Source of the DNA: an uncultured virus (IMG/VR IMGVR_UViG_3300022555_000047)
Taxonomy: Duplodnaviria > Heunggongvirae > Uroviricota > Caudoviricetes
Direction: 5' to 3' (one strand)
IMG/VR virus record: IMGVR_UViG_3300022555_000047
DNA length: 64,000 nucleotides
The position numbers and the translations under genes are program-made. The notes below the pieces were generated by a model. It was not told where the DNA came from. It did no database searches and saw nothing but the letters and a program-made list of their open reading frames with translations. Shown here piece by piece: positions 50,370-59,334 of this stretch; within the stretch, counting starts at the first letter, position 1, and every line of letters begins with the position of its first letter.

Positions 50370-50805
50370 AATTTTCCCAAGTTAGTTCTTGTAAATACAA
50401 CCCACTACTTCTACTACTCCCTGCTCTCCCTATATATTTTATTTTTTTATCTCTTACACAAATACTATTCGATTGTACTTTTTCGTCAAAAACTAGGTAG
50501 TAAACTTCTTTTCTATCAAGTGCTACTAAGGCAAAAACATCAAAGTCATTTTTTGTATAAAATTTTACTCCTTGCTTTCCTGTTCTCTTGATTTGAAAAA
50601 AATAAATTGGATTACTATTTTCTTTTACTTTTCTCATTTTTTGTGTAGTTTTTACCTGTATTCTAATTAATTTCCCTTTATATTCAGCAACTAAATCATA
50701 ACTGACTCCCTCTCCTGTATCAAATGCTTGAATTCCTTTTGAAAGTAAATCAAATAGCGTGAGATATTGTCCGGCTCTTCCTATATTCAATTCTTTACTT
50801 ATCAT
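50353..50805 (-). CDS. PD-(D/E)XK homing endonuclease (I-Ssp6803I-like) inserted in the methyltransferase
   Basis: GRAGQY, YDLV, RIQVKT, YTKNDFDVFA. Confidence 0.8.
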   Translation of the reverse strand: MISKELNIGRAGQYLTLFDLLSKGIQAFDTGEGVSYDLVAEYKGKLIRIQVKTTQKMRKVKENSNPIYFFQIKRTGKQGVKFYTKNDFDVFALVALDRKEVYYLVFDEKVQSNSICVRDKKIKYIGRAGSSRSSGLYLQELTWENYVKNL

Positions 50806-50835
50806 ATCTCTATTTTACCACCTCTGTGAATTAAA

Positions 50836-51381
50836 TCAATTAAGATATCCACATGAAGGGCATTTCGTACTATTTAATAATTTTTCCACCGCTTCTTCAC
50901 TACACGAGTCTCCACACTGGATGCGGTGTTCTCCGAGTTCGTAAACGTCTCCGAGTTTTGAGATTGGTTTTTTTGGTAAGTCTGGTATGTCGTCGTCTTT
51001 AGCATCGTCCTCGAGGATTAATTCTCGATCAAAACCAGTAAGGTCGAGCATTTCCATTGAGAGCTCTTTGAGTTCGTCGATTACGAGTCCCATGTCCCAC
51101 TCGCTCTCGTTTAATTTATTATCAGCAAGTCTATATGCCTTTGCTTTTTCCTCGCTGATGTCTATTTTAAGTACGGGAATTTCTTTGAGCCCAAGTTTTT
51201 GAGCGGCAAATAATCTCCCGTGTCCTACGATCACAACGTCATTCTTATCCACGACAATCGGTTGGTTGAAGCCAAAAGTTTCGATGCTTTCAGCTATTTT
51301 TGTGATCTGTTTGCCGTCATGCTTTTTTGCATTTCGCTCGTATGGTTTGATGTCTTTGATTTTACGTTGAATTATTTTCAT
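50836..51381 (-). CDS. ParB-like N-domain plus start of DNA methyltransferase (N-terminal half)
   Basis: PYERNAKKH, FGFNQPI, GHGRL, ADNKL, then GDVYELGEHRIQCGDS. Confidence 0.88.
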   Translation of the reverse strand: MKIIQRKIKDIKPYERNAKKHDGKQITKIAESIETFGFNQPIVVDKNDVVIVGHGRLFAAQKLGLKEIPVLKIDISEEKAKAYRLADNKLNESEWDMGLVIDELKELSMEMLDLTGFDRELILEDDAKDDDIPDLPKKPISKLGDVYELGEHRIQCGDSCSEEAVEKLLNSTKCPSCGYLN

Positions 51382-51572
51382 TTTATCCGTAGTAAGGTGT
51401 GCGATCTAGCTTTGGGAAGCCATATCGCTCAATTAATTTTTCGGCCTTTTCGATATGCACTTGTTTTTCGTGTGGATCCTTACAAGCCCGTGCAACTCTC
51501 AAGTGTTTTTCCACGTTAGCAACTTTTTTGTTGTATGATTGCTGTTCTTGTGGAGTTTTGAATGGTTTTATT

Positions 51573-51986
51573 TTATTCATTTTCTTTTTCTAAGTCTGCA
51601 ATCATTTTTTCTATGACCTTTACTTTGATTGTCTCGAGTTCCACCATCTTGTTTTTAGCATTGAGGGCAGTGTCGTTTTCTTCTTTAAACTTTCTCTTTT
51701 CGTAGGCATTGGCTTCTGAGTCTGGACGAGCCATGTATTCTGTCATCATTGCTTCTTGCATTAGTGCCTGTTGCTGATAGCTTAGGAGTTGCACTTCTGC
51801 CTCTTCGAGACTTTTATTTAGTGCTTTTAACTTGTTTTTTTTATCGAACTTTTTTCCCTCTTCGTAAAATACAAAGAACGAATTTTCGTTGTATTTTATT
51901 GGTTGATCTCCTGCGAGACTCACTGTTTTTATAAAATTATTGAAACCATCTACATCTATTAAATCAAATCTTTTTACTTGTATCAT
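51573..51986 (-). CDS. hypothetical coiled-coil protein
   Basis: 137-aa ORF in operon. Confidence 0.5.
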   Translation of the reverse strand: MIQVKRFDLIDVDGFNNFIKTVSLAGDQPIKYNENSFFVFYEEGKKFDKKNKLKALNKSLEEAEVQLLSYQQQALMQEAMMTEYMARPDSEANAYEKRKFKEENDTALNAKNKMVELETIKVKVIEKMIADLEKENE

Positions 51987-52209
51987 TTTTATTTTTTAAT
52001 TACTGGGGTTGCCGGGGACGATTCCGGTTGATTCCCTTTTGCAAAATCTAATACCTGACTAGGAAATTCTTTATTTACGAATTGCACTAGTGAGTTTCCC
52101 ATACCTTGGGCTTGTATCATTCCCTTGTATAGGGTTATTTGAAACCATCCAAATAAAACTAGGGCAATGATTCCCAAGGTGATTGCAATATTTAATAAAA
52201 TTATTTTTT

Positions 52210-52581
52210 TCATTTTTCTATTAAGACCGACTCCATTCGGACACTTCCGTTTTCCAAAAAGACCGGTTTTTTTACCCACACTTTATAATTTCGACCTACT
52301 TTTTTTAATGTTTCCTCTACAAATTTTTTAACATCCGGTGGTAGTGTCCACATAAACTTTTCCGTCTCGTCGATTTTAAATCTGTACTCGAATGTTCTTT
52401 TGCCCTCTATTGTCCTTACCTCTATCATTTCAGGATATTTCTTTTGCATCTCGCTGATTCGTGCATGGCCTCGATGCCCTACGAATATTCCGTGTCTGGC
52501 TTGAAAGTCAAAAGTTGGTAGCCAATTTCCTCCCTCTCTGATCGCTATCTCTAAAACTTTTAACTGGTTCGTGTATTTCAT
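52210..52581 (-). CDS. putative winged-helix DNA-binding protein
   Basis: ARISEM motif; follows the initiator. Confidence 0.45.
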   Translation of the reverse strand: MKYTNQLKVLEIAIREGGNWLPTFDFQARHGIFVGHRGHARISEMQKKYPEMIEVRTIEGKRTFEYRFKIDETEKFMWTLPPDVKKFVEETLKKVGRNYKVWVKKPVFLENGSVRMESVLIEK

Positions 52582-53342
52582 ATTTTCATTTTACTTCCTA
52601 ATTCTCCGGCCTGTTTTTTTAAAATGTTTAATCGGTTGTTATCTTCTTTTGTTTGTTTATCTTCGTCTTCTTCTCGATGGCTCTGCACTACTCGGTTGTA
52701 CTTCGTATCTCTGGTGAATTTATCTTTGAGAGGGAAGAGTCCTGTCCATCCGTTCGTTATAGAATTTTTTATTATTTCGGCATGGTCTTTTTGGTTTTTC
52801 TCTAAAACTTTTAATTGAAATTTTATCATTGATGGAGTCATTTTTTGTTTTCTTTCTTTTTTGTATTGGATCCATGCTTCCCATGCTTTTTTGTTTAACC
52901 AAATAGGTATATCTTTATCTACTCTATTCTCTTCTATTCTATTCTCTTCTGATGTTACATTTGTAACATTGATTGTTACATCTTTTCGTTTTGCCCTTGA
53001 TTTTGCTACTCTTTCTGCAACTGTGAGGTTATGTTCTTGCCTTTTTTCCCAGTTTAGTACCGATATTCGTCCATCTTTGTCACAGTCTATCATTTTTAAG
53101 TTTTGAAACTTTATTAGTACCCCAAGTGCTTTTTCCCAGTCTTCTGGGTGGTATGGGTCAAATTGTATTCCTGATCTGTTTAATAAACTTTCTACAGTTA
53201 GAAATTCAATAACACCATCGTCTCCCATACTGGCCATTGACAAAATTGTAATCCAACACGATCTTTCGATTGGGTTTAATCTTTCGATTTTTGGATCACT
53301 GAGGTACTCTCCTCCATAAAATTTAAACCATTGATTTGCCAT
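52578..53342 (-). CDS. replication initiator / replisome organiser, phage B
   Basis: WFKFYG..YLSDPKI, NWEKRQ..AERVAKSR, EENRIEENR, SITNGWTGLF. Confidence 0.8.
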   Translation of the reverse strand: MANQWFKFYGGEYLSDPKIERLNPIERSCWITILSMASMGDDGVIEFLTVESLLNRSGIQFDPYHPEDWEKALGVLIKFQNLKMIDCDKDGRISVLNWEKRQEHNLTVAERVAKSRAKRKDVTINVTNVTSEENRIEENRVDKDIPIWLNKKAWEAWIQYKKERKQKMTPSMIKFQLKVLEKNQKDHAEIIKNSITNGWTGLFPLKDKFTRDTKYNRVVQSHREEDEDKQTKEDNNRLNILKKQAGELGSKMKI

Positions 53343-53437
53343 TTTTATTTGTTTTTCTAGCCCTACCTTGACGCTTTGTAAGTATCAAGGTGAGGCTAGA
53401 AAATACAAAGCTAATTTCTAATCGACCTACATTAATA

Positions 53438-53482
53438 ATTATACTACTTTTTTTATTTCTATCTAGCGACCTGTGGATAACT
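53438..53482 (-). promoter_or_regulatory. promoter with AGTTATCCACAG element upstream of the replication gene
   Basis: AGTTATCCACAG...TATAAT followed by AGGTCGA. Confidence 0.6.
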
Positions 53483-54092
53483 AAATACCTTTTAAGTTGG
53501 CCGTGAGTCTTTCGTAGACTTTCTTTTGGTTGGCTTTCAAAGTGTCGTATTCTGCCGGTGTCAGTACTTTATTAAACGGATCCGTTTTTGGTAGTGGTAT
53601 CTTTGTTTCTTCTTCGATTCTCTCTAAAAGTTCCATAAACTCTGAGATATTTAAGTCTGCAGTGCTTTTTACTACTCGCACTTTATCTCCGTATACCTCG
53701 GTTATTCCCTCTGACAAAAACTTACCCTTGACCCATGCTTTCAATTCTTTCATTGAGTGGCCAGAGGATGTTCCGATCAGCGAGAGTTAGAGGTGGAAGT
53801 AATTATTTTGTGCCTCGCTTCTTTTGGGCCGTTTGTTTGTGATGTACATTGAAACTTCGTCACCTATTTTGCACGTTTCGTTTAAGAAGTGTCTGTATAG
53901 CATCGGAGCATTCATCATGATGCTTCTCACGCTTTCCATCACTCCTATTTGATTTTTTTGTTGAGTCAACACTACTCTCCCTGCGAAGTTTTGGGAGGTG
54001 TACGTTGGAAGTGTTTTTTTAATTTTTGTCATTTTTAGTTGGAAATAAAAATCTTGTAATATTAAATCTTTCCTCTTGGTTAAAACTTTCAT
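53481..54092 (-). pseudogene. NinB-like gene with an in-frame TAA at 53787-53789
   Basis: KRSEAQNNYFHL*LSLIGTSSGHSMKELK...STADLN..EF is one frame and aligns with 29570-30016. Confidence 0.65.
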
Positions 54093-54364
54093 CTAGTTCT
54101 TGAAACACCTTGTTGAATCTTTTAATAAGGATACCTAGGTCTGAACAAAGATCATTAAATTCTTCCCCTGTGATTTCTCCGACTTTCACTCTATTTTTAA
54201 CCATTGACTTTATACTCACACAAGCCCTGCAGGGGTTATAAAACCATCCTGTTTCTTTTTCCCATTGAATGTAATAGCAGTCTTCTCCAAGAACACACGT
54301 CACAATTCTATATTCCCCCCAATTGTTCAACAAGATATCTCCATTTTTTACTAATTTATTTTCT

Positions 54365-54913
54365 TCATTCATAAAATTTAAGTACCTTTTTTAAGCTAGT
54401 AATCGCACTTTGTATCGCCCATTTTTTATCTCGAGTGTTTTGGTCTTCTCCCTTTATTTCAATTGGTACATTTCCTTGGTTTTTTACTAATTCTAGGAAA
54501 GTGTCGAGATAAATCACACACTTTGTGTCTTCCATCGGTTCGTGTTCCACGTGAAACACTAGTATCGGCTCTCGACGAAGACTCTCCAATTTCTTGGTTT
54601 GTCTCCACCAGTCCTGTATTGCTATGGTTTTTTGGTTTTTACACTCTATCCCTGCATTTTGGCCGAGTACCATCATCGAAGTCCAGATGTCAGCTTTTTC
54701 TGTGTTTCCGTTGCCGGAGCCGTGTGATCTGTATGCCTTGGGGTCAATTCCTTTTTCTCGAATTTGCTTGACCACATATTCCTCGAGTATTTTTCCTTTA
54801 GCTATGTATGATTTTGGGGTCATAGTTAATTGCTTTATCGAGTAATTCTTTCTCGTCTTCGACCCCTGCTGTTTCAAGTTTGAACATGGTGACCACATGA
54901 GTTTTTGGGTCAA
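54365..54913 (-). CDS. PD-(D/E)XK Holliday-junction-resolvase-like nuclease
   Basis: KGKILE, ADI, IECKNQ, WWRQ. Confidence 0.7.
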   Translation of the reverse strand: MTQKLMWSPCSNLKQQGSKTRKNYSIKQLTMTPKSYIAKGKILEEYVVKQIREKGIDPKAYRSHGSGNGNTEKADIWTSMMVLGQNAGIECKNQKTIAIQDWWRQTKKLESLRREPILVFHVEHEPMEDTKCVIYLDTFLELVKNQGNVPIEIKGEDQNTRDKKWAIQSAITSLKKVLKFYE

Positions 54914-54981
54914 GCCACTTTATTGCTTTTGGTCTGCCCTCCTCGGATATGAAGAGGGCGCTATCTAGAAAAGTTTCCATG

Positions 54982-55293
54982 TTATTTGAATACGCAATGA
55001 TTAATAAAAAACTTCGTATAAATTTCAGGATATTTTGCACAAAGGTATTTATTATAAGCTATGCTATAGCCACCATGATGTTGAGATGCTACTGGAGCAG
55101 GAGTTTCTACTGTGGTTGTGTCACCTGTATCTACTGGGTCAGTTCTACCTACACAGCATCTCCCGAATGGTGGATGCGTTGGTAAGACTAAAGGTTTCAC
55201 TCCATCTGTTGGGAGCACCGATGTTCCTCTTGCTAGGGCATTACTACCGATTAAACTTGCTAACACTACTACTATTGCTATATATTTCTTCAT
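54982..55293 (-). CDS. small protein with signal peptide
   Basis: MKKYIAIVVVLASLIGSNALA. Confidence 0.5.
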   Translation of the reverse strand: MKKYIAIVVVLASLIGSNALARGTSVLPTDGVKPLVLPTHPPFGRCCVGRTDPVDTGDTTTVETPAPVASQHHGGYSIAYNKYLCAKYPEIYTKFFINHCVFK

Positions 55294-55330
55294 TTTTTAG
55301 CGTTGGTCGCTACCCTATTTAACTAACTTT

Positions 55331-56266
55331 TTAATATTCGGGATTATAAAACCAATCGGTTTTTTTGTCCCATTGATAAAGATTTTTTGCTGATAAAAAT
55401 GCATCCATGTCGTACTCTCGCATTCCTTTTTTTTTGTCGAGGAATTTTGCTTCGAATACTTGGTATGGAGGTATCGGGAAGTCTTTGTATTCTTTCCCTT
55501 TTATTTCAGCAATTTTACGCTTGATAACTTTTTTTCGATTTTCTCTGCGTAGGTATTCTGCTTCTGTGTATTTTGAGAAGCGCAGAGCCCATCGGCCTTT
55601 GTACACTTTTTTCTTTCGCTCTTCTTCGTCTGCATCACAATAACTCGCAGTCTGCATCCTTACGCTGTTATAAAGCCCATTAGAGCTCTTAAAATCGCAT
55701 AGGCAGAGGTCTCCATCCACAATCACCTCCAAGTCCATTGTACCCATGTAATCGTGCTTTAGGGAATAAACCATGCGTTCTGAGGACACGTATTTTGGCC
55801 TATGCTCCTTTTCCCATTGGAAGAATGCATTTACTCCGTTCATTGCCTCTGGAGAGTTTGGTATCTCGGGGATTTCGTTGTACCCCTTTACTTTCAATTT
55901 AAACTTGATGTACTTTTCTAGCCATTCGTGCATCTCATGTCCGATGTCGGCGGCCTCGTCTTTTGCGATATCGTTTTGGATAACCGCCTCGATGGCCAAA
56001 TCTTCGCTTATTGGTACTCTTTTTTCAATGAGTTTCAAGAGGAAGTCTGCCGTCATCTGTTGTTGCCACGATCCTAGTGCAGTGCTTTTGTCTTTGATTC
56101 CTATGAAAGTTGTTGATCCACTTTTTCTTTTGAATGGAAGTCCCCGGACGCTCACCCAATACTGGTGTGAAAGTGGATAGAATTTAACTTTTACTTTTCC
56201 TCCGTATAATTCACTCTCGATAAATTTCGGCTCTTCACATTCTTCTGTTTTTATTTTTTTAGCCAT
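55331..56266 (-). CDS. PD-(D/E)XK exonuclease (partner of the annealase)
   Basis: AADIGHEMH, YMGTMD, DFKSS, QTASY. Confidence 0.8.
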   Translation of the reverse strand: MAKKIKTEECEEPKFIESELYGGKVKVKFYPLSHQYWVSVRGLPFKRKSGSTTFIGIKDKSTALGSWQQQMTADFLLKLIEKRVPISEDLAIEAVIQNDIAKDEAADIGHEMHEWLEKYIKFKLKVKGYNEIPEIPNSPEAMNGVNAFFQWEKEHRPKYVSSERMVYSLKHDYMGTMDLEVIVDGDLCLCDFKSSNGLYNSVRMQTASYCDADEEERKKKVYKGRWALRFSKYTEAEYLRRENRKKVIKRKIAEIKGKEYKDFPIPPYQVFEAKFLDKKKGMREYDMDAFLSAKNLYQWDKKTDWFYNPEY

Positions 56267-56268
56267 GA

Positions 56269-57033
56269 TTATTTTTTAATTGGTTTATGATTTTTGGAAC
56301 AATCCTTGCATAGGATTTTTCCATAGACTCTTTTACTAAAGTCAGCCCCGGCTTGGCTCACTATTCCATCGCAGTCTTGACACACTAACACTGGGTCTCC
56401 ATCTGGCCCCGGCTTGGATCCCGGTGGTGGTAGCGCCGGTTTATCTAAGTCGACATTGGTCTCTGCTTTGAATTCTGCCTTACCATAAATGTCTGATGCT
56501 ATCCCTAGGAGGGAAGCACATTTTTTTAATGAGTCCGTAGATGCCGACTTCAAGTCGTTTCCATAATCGAGCATCTGCTTTGTGCCTTTTAAAAACTTTA
56601 TATCTGATCTACCGAATTGGCTCTTTGTGATCACGTGGCCGTGGTCATCTTTTACTGTCAGTTTTCCTTGTACCCACACTTGGTCTCCCTCTTTTCCGTG
56701 AGCTATTATTTCGAAGTCCCAATTCCATCCGAATGTAAAATTCAAAACTTTTTCGACGTAGTTGCCTGTGACGTAGCTCCATCGTTGGCCACCTTTCCCC
56801 GGTCGAGTGTAGACGTGCTGTGGTGGGGTTTTTTGTACCATCTGTACCACTTGCTTTTCACTGAGCCATGTCCTTGGGATCATGTACTTGCCTCCGTCTT
56901 TCATTGGGAGGACATCTTTTTCCGTTGGGGTTGGCATCGGTTGTACTTTTATCACAATTTCCTGCGATACTTTTTTGGCAGGGTTTTTTTTCAAACTCTT
57001 TGCCTTTTTGGTTTTTGTTTTTTTCTTTGCCAT
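56269..57033 (-). CDS. Rad52/Sak-like single-strand annealing protein with C-terminal zinc finger
   Basis: RPGKGG..WSYV, FGWNWDF, KSASTDSLKKCASLLGIASDIY; CQDC...CKDC. Confidence 0.85.
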   Translation of the reverse strand: MAKKKTKTKKAKSLKKNPAKKVSQEIVIKVQPMPTPTEKDVLPMKDGGKYMIPRTWLSEKQVVQMVQKTPPQHVYTRPGKGGQRWSYVTGNYVEKVLNFTFGWNWDFEIIAHGKEGDQVWVQGKLTVKDDHGHVITKSQFGRSDIKFLKGTKQMLDYGNDLKSASTDSLKKCASLLGIASDIYGKAEFKAETNVDLDKPALPPPGSKPGPDGDPVLVCQDCDGIVSQAGADFSKRVYGKILCKDCSKNHKPIKK

Positions 57034-57152
57034 AACTTTAATTATTTATTAAAAACTTTTATAATGTTATCTGTCTCCGGGTGTTGCTCCAGAGAAGTCA
57101 TCTGGTTCCCACACATCTCCACAGTATTCGCAGAATGTGGTATTCATTTCTG

Positions 57153-57326
57153 TTATCCAGTGATGACCTTTTTTTTCGCATTCGAATTGTTCTGTTTCGT
57201 CTTCTTCTCTTTCCTCTTTTTCCATGATAGCTTTGATATTTTTTTGTAATGTTCGACACCTAGTTTTTCTCTTGTTGCCTCGCCACCTTTCCTACCGAGG
57301 GCTACCGCATTTTTATTTTTAGACAT
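57153..57326 (-). CDS. small basic KGG-motif protein
   Basis: Hand translation MSKNKNAVALGRKGGEATREKLGVEHYKKIS. Confidence 0.55.
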   Translation of the reverse strand: MSKNKNAVALGRKGGEATREKLGVEHYKKISKLSWKKRKEKKTKQNNSNAKKKVITG

Positions 57327-57483
57327 TGTAATAAATTATGGTTAACCCTATTGCCACTATAAATATGGTTGCTAAAAATCCCGCAAGGAACCCTCTCCAA
57401 TAGCCAGCAACTTCTATTTTTCGTATCTCTTTATCGGTTATCATTTTTTTTATTTTTGTTTTTTAATATTCGACCTTTCCTAC

Positions 57484-57531
57484 ATATTACTATGCGAGCG
57501 TTTGCTTTGCAAGCGGTAGCTGTGGATAACT
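57484..57531 (-). promoter_or_regulatory. early promoter with AGTTATCCACAG element
   Basis: AGTTATCCACAG-N7-TTGCAA-N17-TAATAT. Confidence 0.7.
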
Positions 57532-57559
57532 AAAAAGGGGGAGAATGAGTCCCCCTTGA

Positions 57560-57781
57560 CTATCCACTATTAAAGCGGAAGCCTATTTTTTGAACATTGT
57601 GATCTCTACAACCATTTACAAAGTGAATGAAAAGCACTCGTCTTTCCATGACACAATTTGTCGGAGTATCGTTCGTGCAGTCAAGAAGATTTTGGCAGAA
57701 GTCGCATTGACTTTTTATTGCACCATCTTCATTGACACCACATCCGATAATCCGTCTACACGAAACGCAAATGATTAACAT
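57560..57781 (-). CDS. small Cys-rich protein with SD
   Basis: CVSC, CDFC and further Cys; AAAGGAG upstream. Confidence 0.55.
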   Translation of the reverse strand: MLIICVSCRRIIGCGVNEDGAIKSQCDFCQNLLDCTNDTPTNCVMERRVLFIHFVNGCRDHNVQKIGFRFNSG

Positions 57782-57798
57782 AATAACTCCTTTCTTTT

Positions 57799-58041
57799 TT
57801 AGAATACAAAATCTTTGTAAAATCTTTTTTGTCCTTCTTTGATTAGTTTTACTCTTATTAAAAGAGCAATGATTTCATCAAGAGTAAGATTTTTAAAAAG
57901 CAAATGATATGCTTCATGTCGTCTTACATCAAGATGGAGAAGATTACTTTCAATAGATTGCCCGCCTCTACTACGAGGTTTGAGATGGTGAACATTTGTT
58001 TTACCAGTCCTGACCCATTCTCTTCTTGTTTTGTTTTTCAT
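57799..58041 (-). CDS. small HNH-like protein with SD
   Basis: HHLKPRSRGG...NL...HEAYHLLF; GGAGG upstream. Confidence 0.7.
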   Translation of the reverse strand: MKNKTRREWVRTGKTNVHHLKPRSRGGQSIESNLLHLDVRRHEAYHLLFKNLTLDEIIALLIRVKLIKEGQKRFYKDFVF

Positions 58042-58122
58042 TTGTCCCTCCGTTTTTAAGTTGTCAATTAACTAATTTATTCTATAAAAGGCACCCCTCC
58101 TCGGATGCCTTTTAAGATTAAA

Positions 58123-58437
58123 CTAGTATTCTTTTCTAAGTGGAGCACTCCCCACATCTTTTGCTTCGTTGTATGCGTTGTCTACTTCTTTGACCCGTGG
58201 ATCTACGATTTTTAGGTTAACTCTTTCTTTGTCTTTCATACCGACTATTCGAATAAGTATTCGAAGTGCCTTTGCCGTATTTCCCTCTCGCCCGATAACT
58301 TTTCCCATATCGGCAGGATTTACTTTTAAGGTTAAGAGCACTCCTAGTTCATCCATTTTTCGAGTTACTTCTACATCGTTTGGGAAGTCCACTAATTCTT
58401 GCACAGTTGATAACAAAAACTTTTCGTCGTTTTTCAT
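58123..58437 (-). CDS. khpA: KH-domain RNA-binding protein KhpA
   Basis: LVDFPNDV...DELGVLLTLKVNPADMGKVIGREGNTAKALR. Confidence 0.9.
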   Translation of the reverse strand: MKNDEKFLLSTVQELVDFPNDVEVTRKMDELGVLLTLKVNPADMGKVIGREGNTAKALRILIRIVGMKDKERVNLKIVDPRVKEVDNAYNEAKDVGSAPLRKEY

Positions 58438-58468
58438 ATAAGTATATTTATTTTTTTCACATTATTTA

Positions 58469-58699
58469 TTAATAGTTTTCAGGCACTTGCACCTGATAGG
58501 TTTCGCACAATTTTTTTAAGAAAGATGCGAGGGTTCCGATTACCCACATGGCGATTGGAGCATAGGCTCCGAAGTTGAAATCTTTTAGTATTCCTAACAA
58601 ATAAAAAGCCACAGTCAGACCTGCTATCCAAGCACTGTGTTTAAGAACAGATTTAACCCCGTCCCAATTTATTTTTCCAAATCCTAATGTTTTTATCAT
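58469..58699 (-). CDS. holin-like protein
   Basis: Two TM segments; follows the lysin. Confidence 0.6.
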   Translation of the reverse strand: MIKTLGFGKINWDGVKSVLKHSAWIAGLTVAFYLLGILKDFNFGAYAPIAMWVIGTLASFLKKLCETYQVQVPENY

Positions 58700-58728
58700 A
58701 TATTTATTTTTGGTTTATAATTCGACCT

Positions 58729-59307
58729 TTACGTATTTAACTCCTTTATTGGCGTACTTGTTGTCACTCCTCCTCCGATTCTATCAGCGACAAATTTGGC
58801 GTAGTGTGCAGGATTATTCCCATCAGATGATGGAGAATAAATTGATTGAAATTTCAAGAGACTCATTTCTGGACGATAAGTTTTTGATTTTCCAGTACAG
58901 GCATTTACTAAAAGATTTTTTAGGGCATCGTATCCGTGTTGGTAGGTACTAAATTTACAAAAACCATTATCATTGAAAGCATGAGCTTGTCCCACGTATC
59001 GCAAATTCCCCGGATTATTTCTTTCGAGTTTTGCTCCCTCCATAACTTTAATAGCATCTATCCATCGGTTAAGTCTCCCCGTTGTTATTGGTGGGGCCGA
59101 TGGTTGAGTTGGTGTTGGTTGTTGGATTGGATTAGGAGTTGGTATTGGAATCGGTTGTGGTGCCGTTTTCATAAATAATTCTCTAAAAAATTGTATAATT
59201 TTATTCATCATCGTCTTCATTAAATTCTTCTTCTCTATCCTCTGTCTCTGTTGCTTCGTCTCCTGAGGAAATAATATCGGGAGAACTATCTCTCTGCCAG
59301 TCCACAT
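58729..59307 (-). CDS. putative lysozyme-fold cell-wall hydrolase
   Basis: AIKVMEG, RNNPGNL, YSPSSDGNNP..YA. Confidence 0.7.
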   Translation of the reverse strand: MWTGREIVLPILFPQETKQQRQRIEKKNLMKTMMNKIIQFFRELFMKTAPQPIPIPTPNPIQQPTPTQPSAPPITTGRLNRWIDAIKVMEGAKLERNNPGNLRYVGQAHAFNDNGFCKFSTYQHGYDALKNLLVNACTGKSKTYRPEMSLLKFQSIYSPSSDGNNPAHYAKFVADRIGGGVTTSTPIKELNT

Positions 59308-59334
59308 TGTTGTCGTTGTAATTGTCAGGCATTA

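Noticed and set aside
50320..50880. Group I intron or intein in the methyltransferase (likewise 60295-60756)
   Set aside because: Under about 40 nt of non-coding sequence flanks each endonuclease ORF, stops break the frame, and no intein terminal motifs are present.
45647..57531. Chromosomal oriC from DnaA boxes
   Set aside because: The boxes are single, kilobases apart and tied to promoters rather than clustered.
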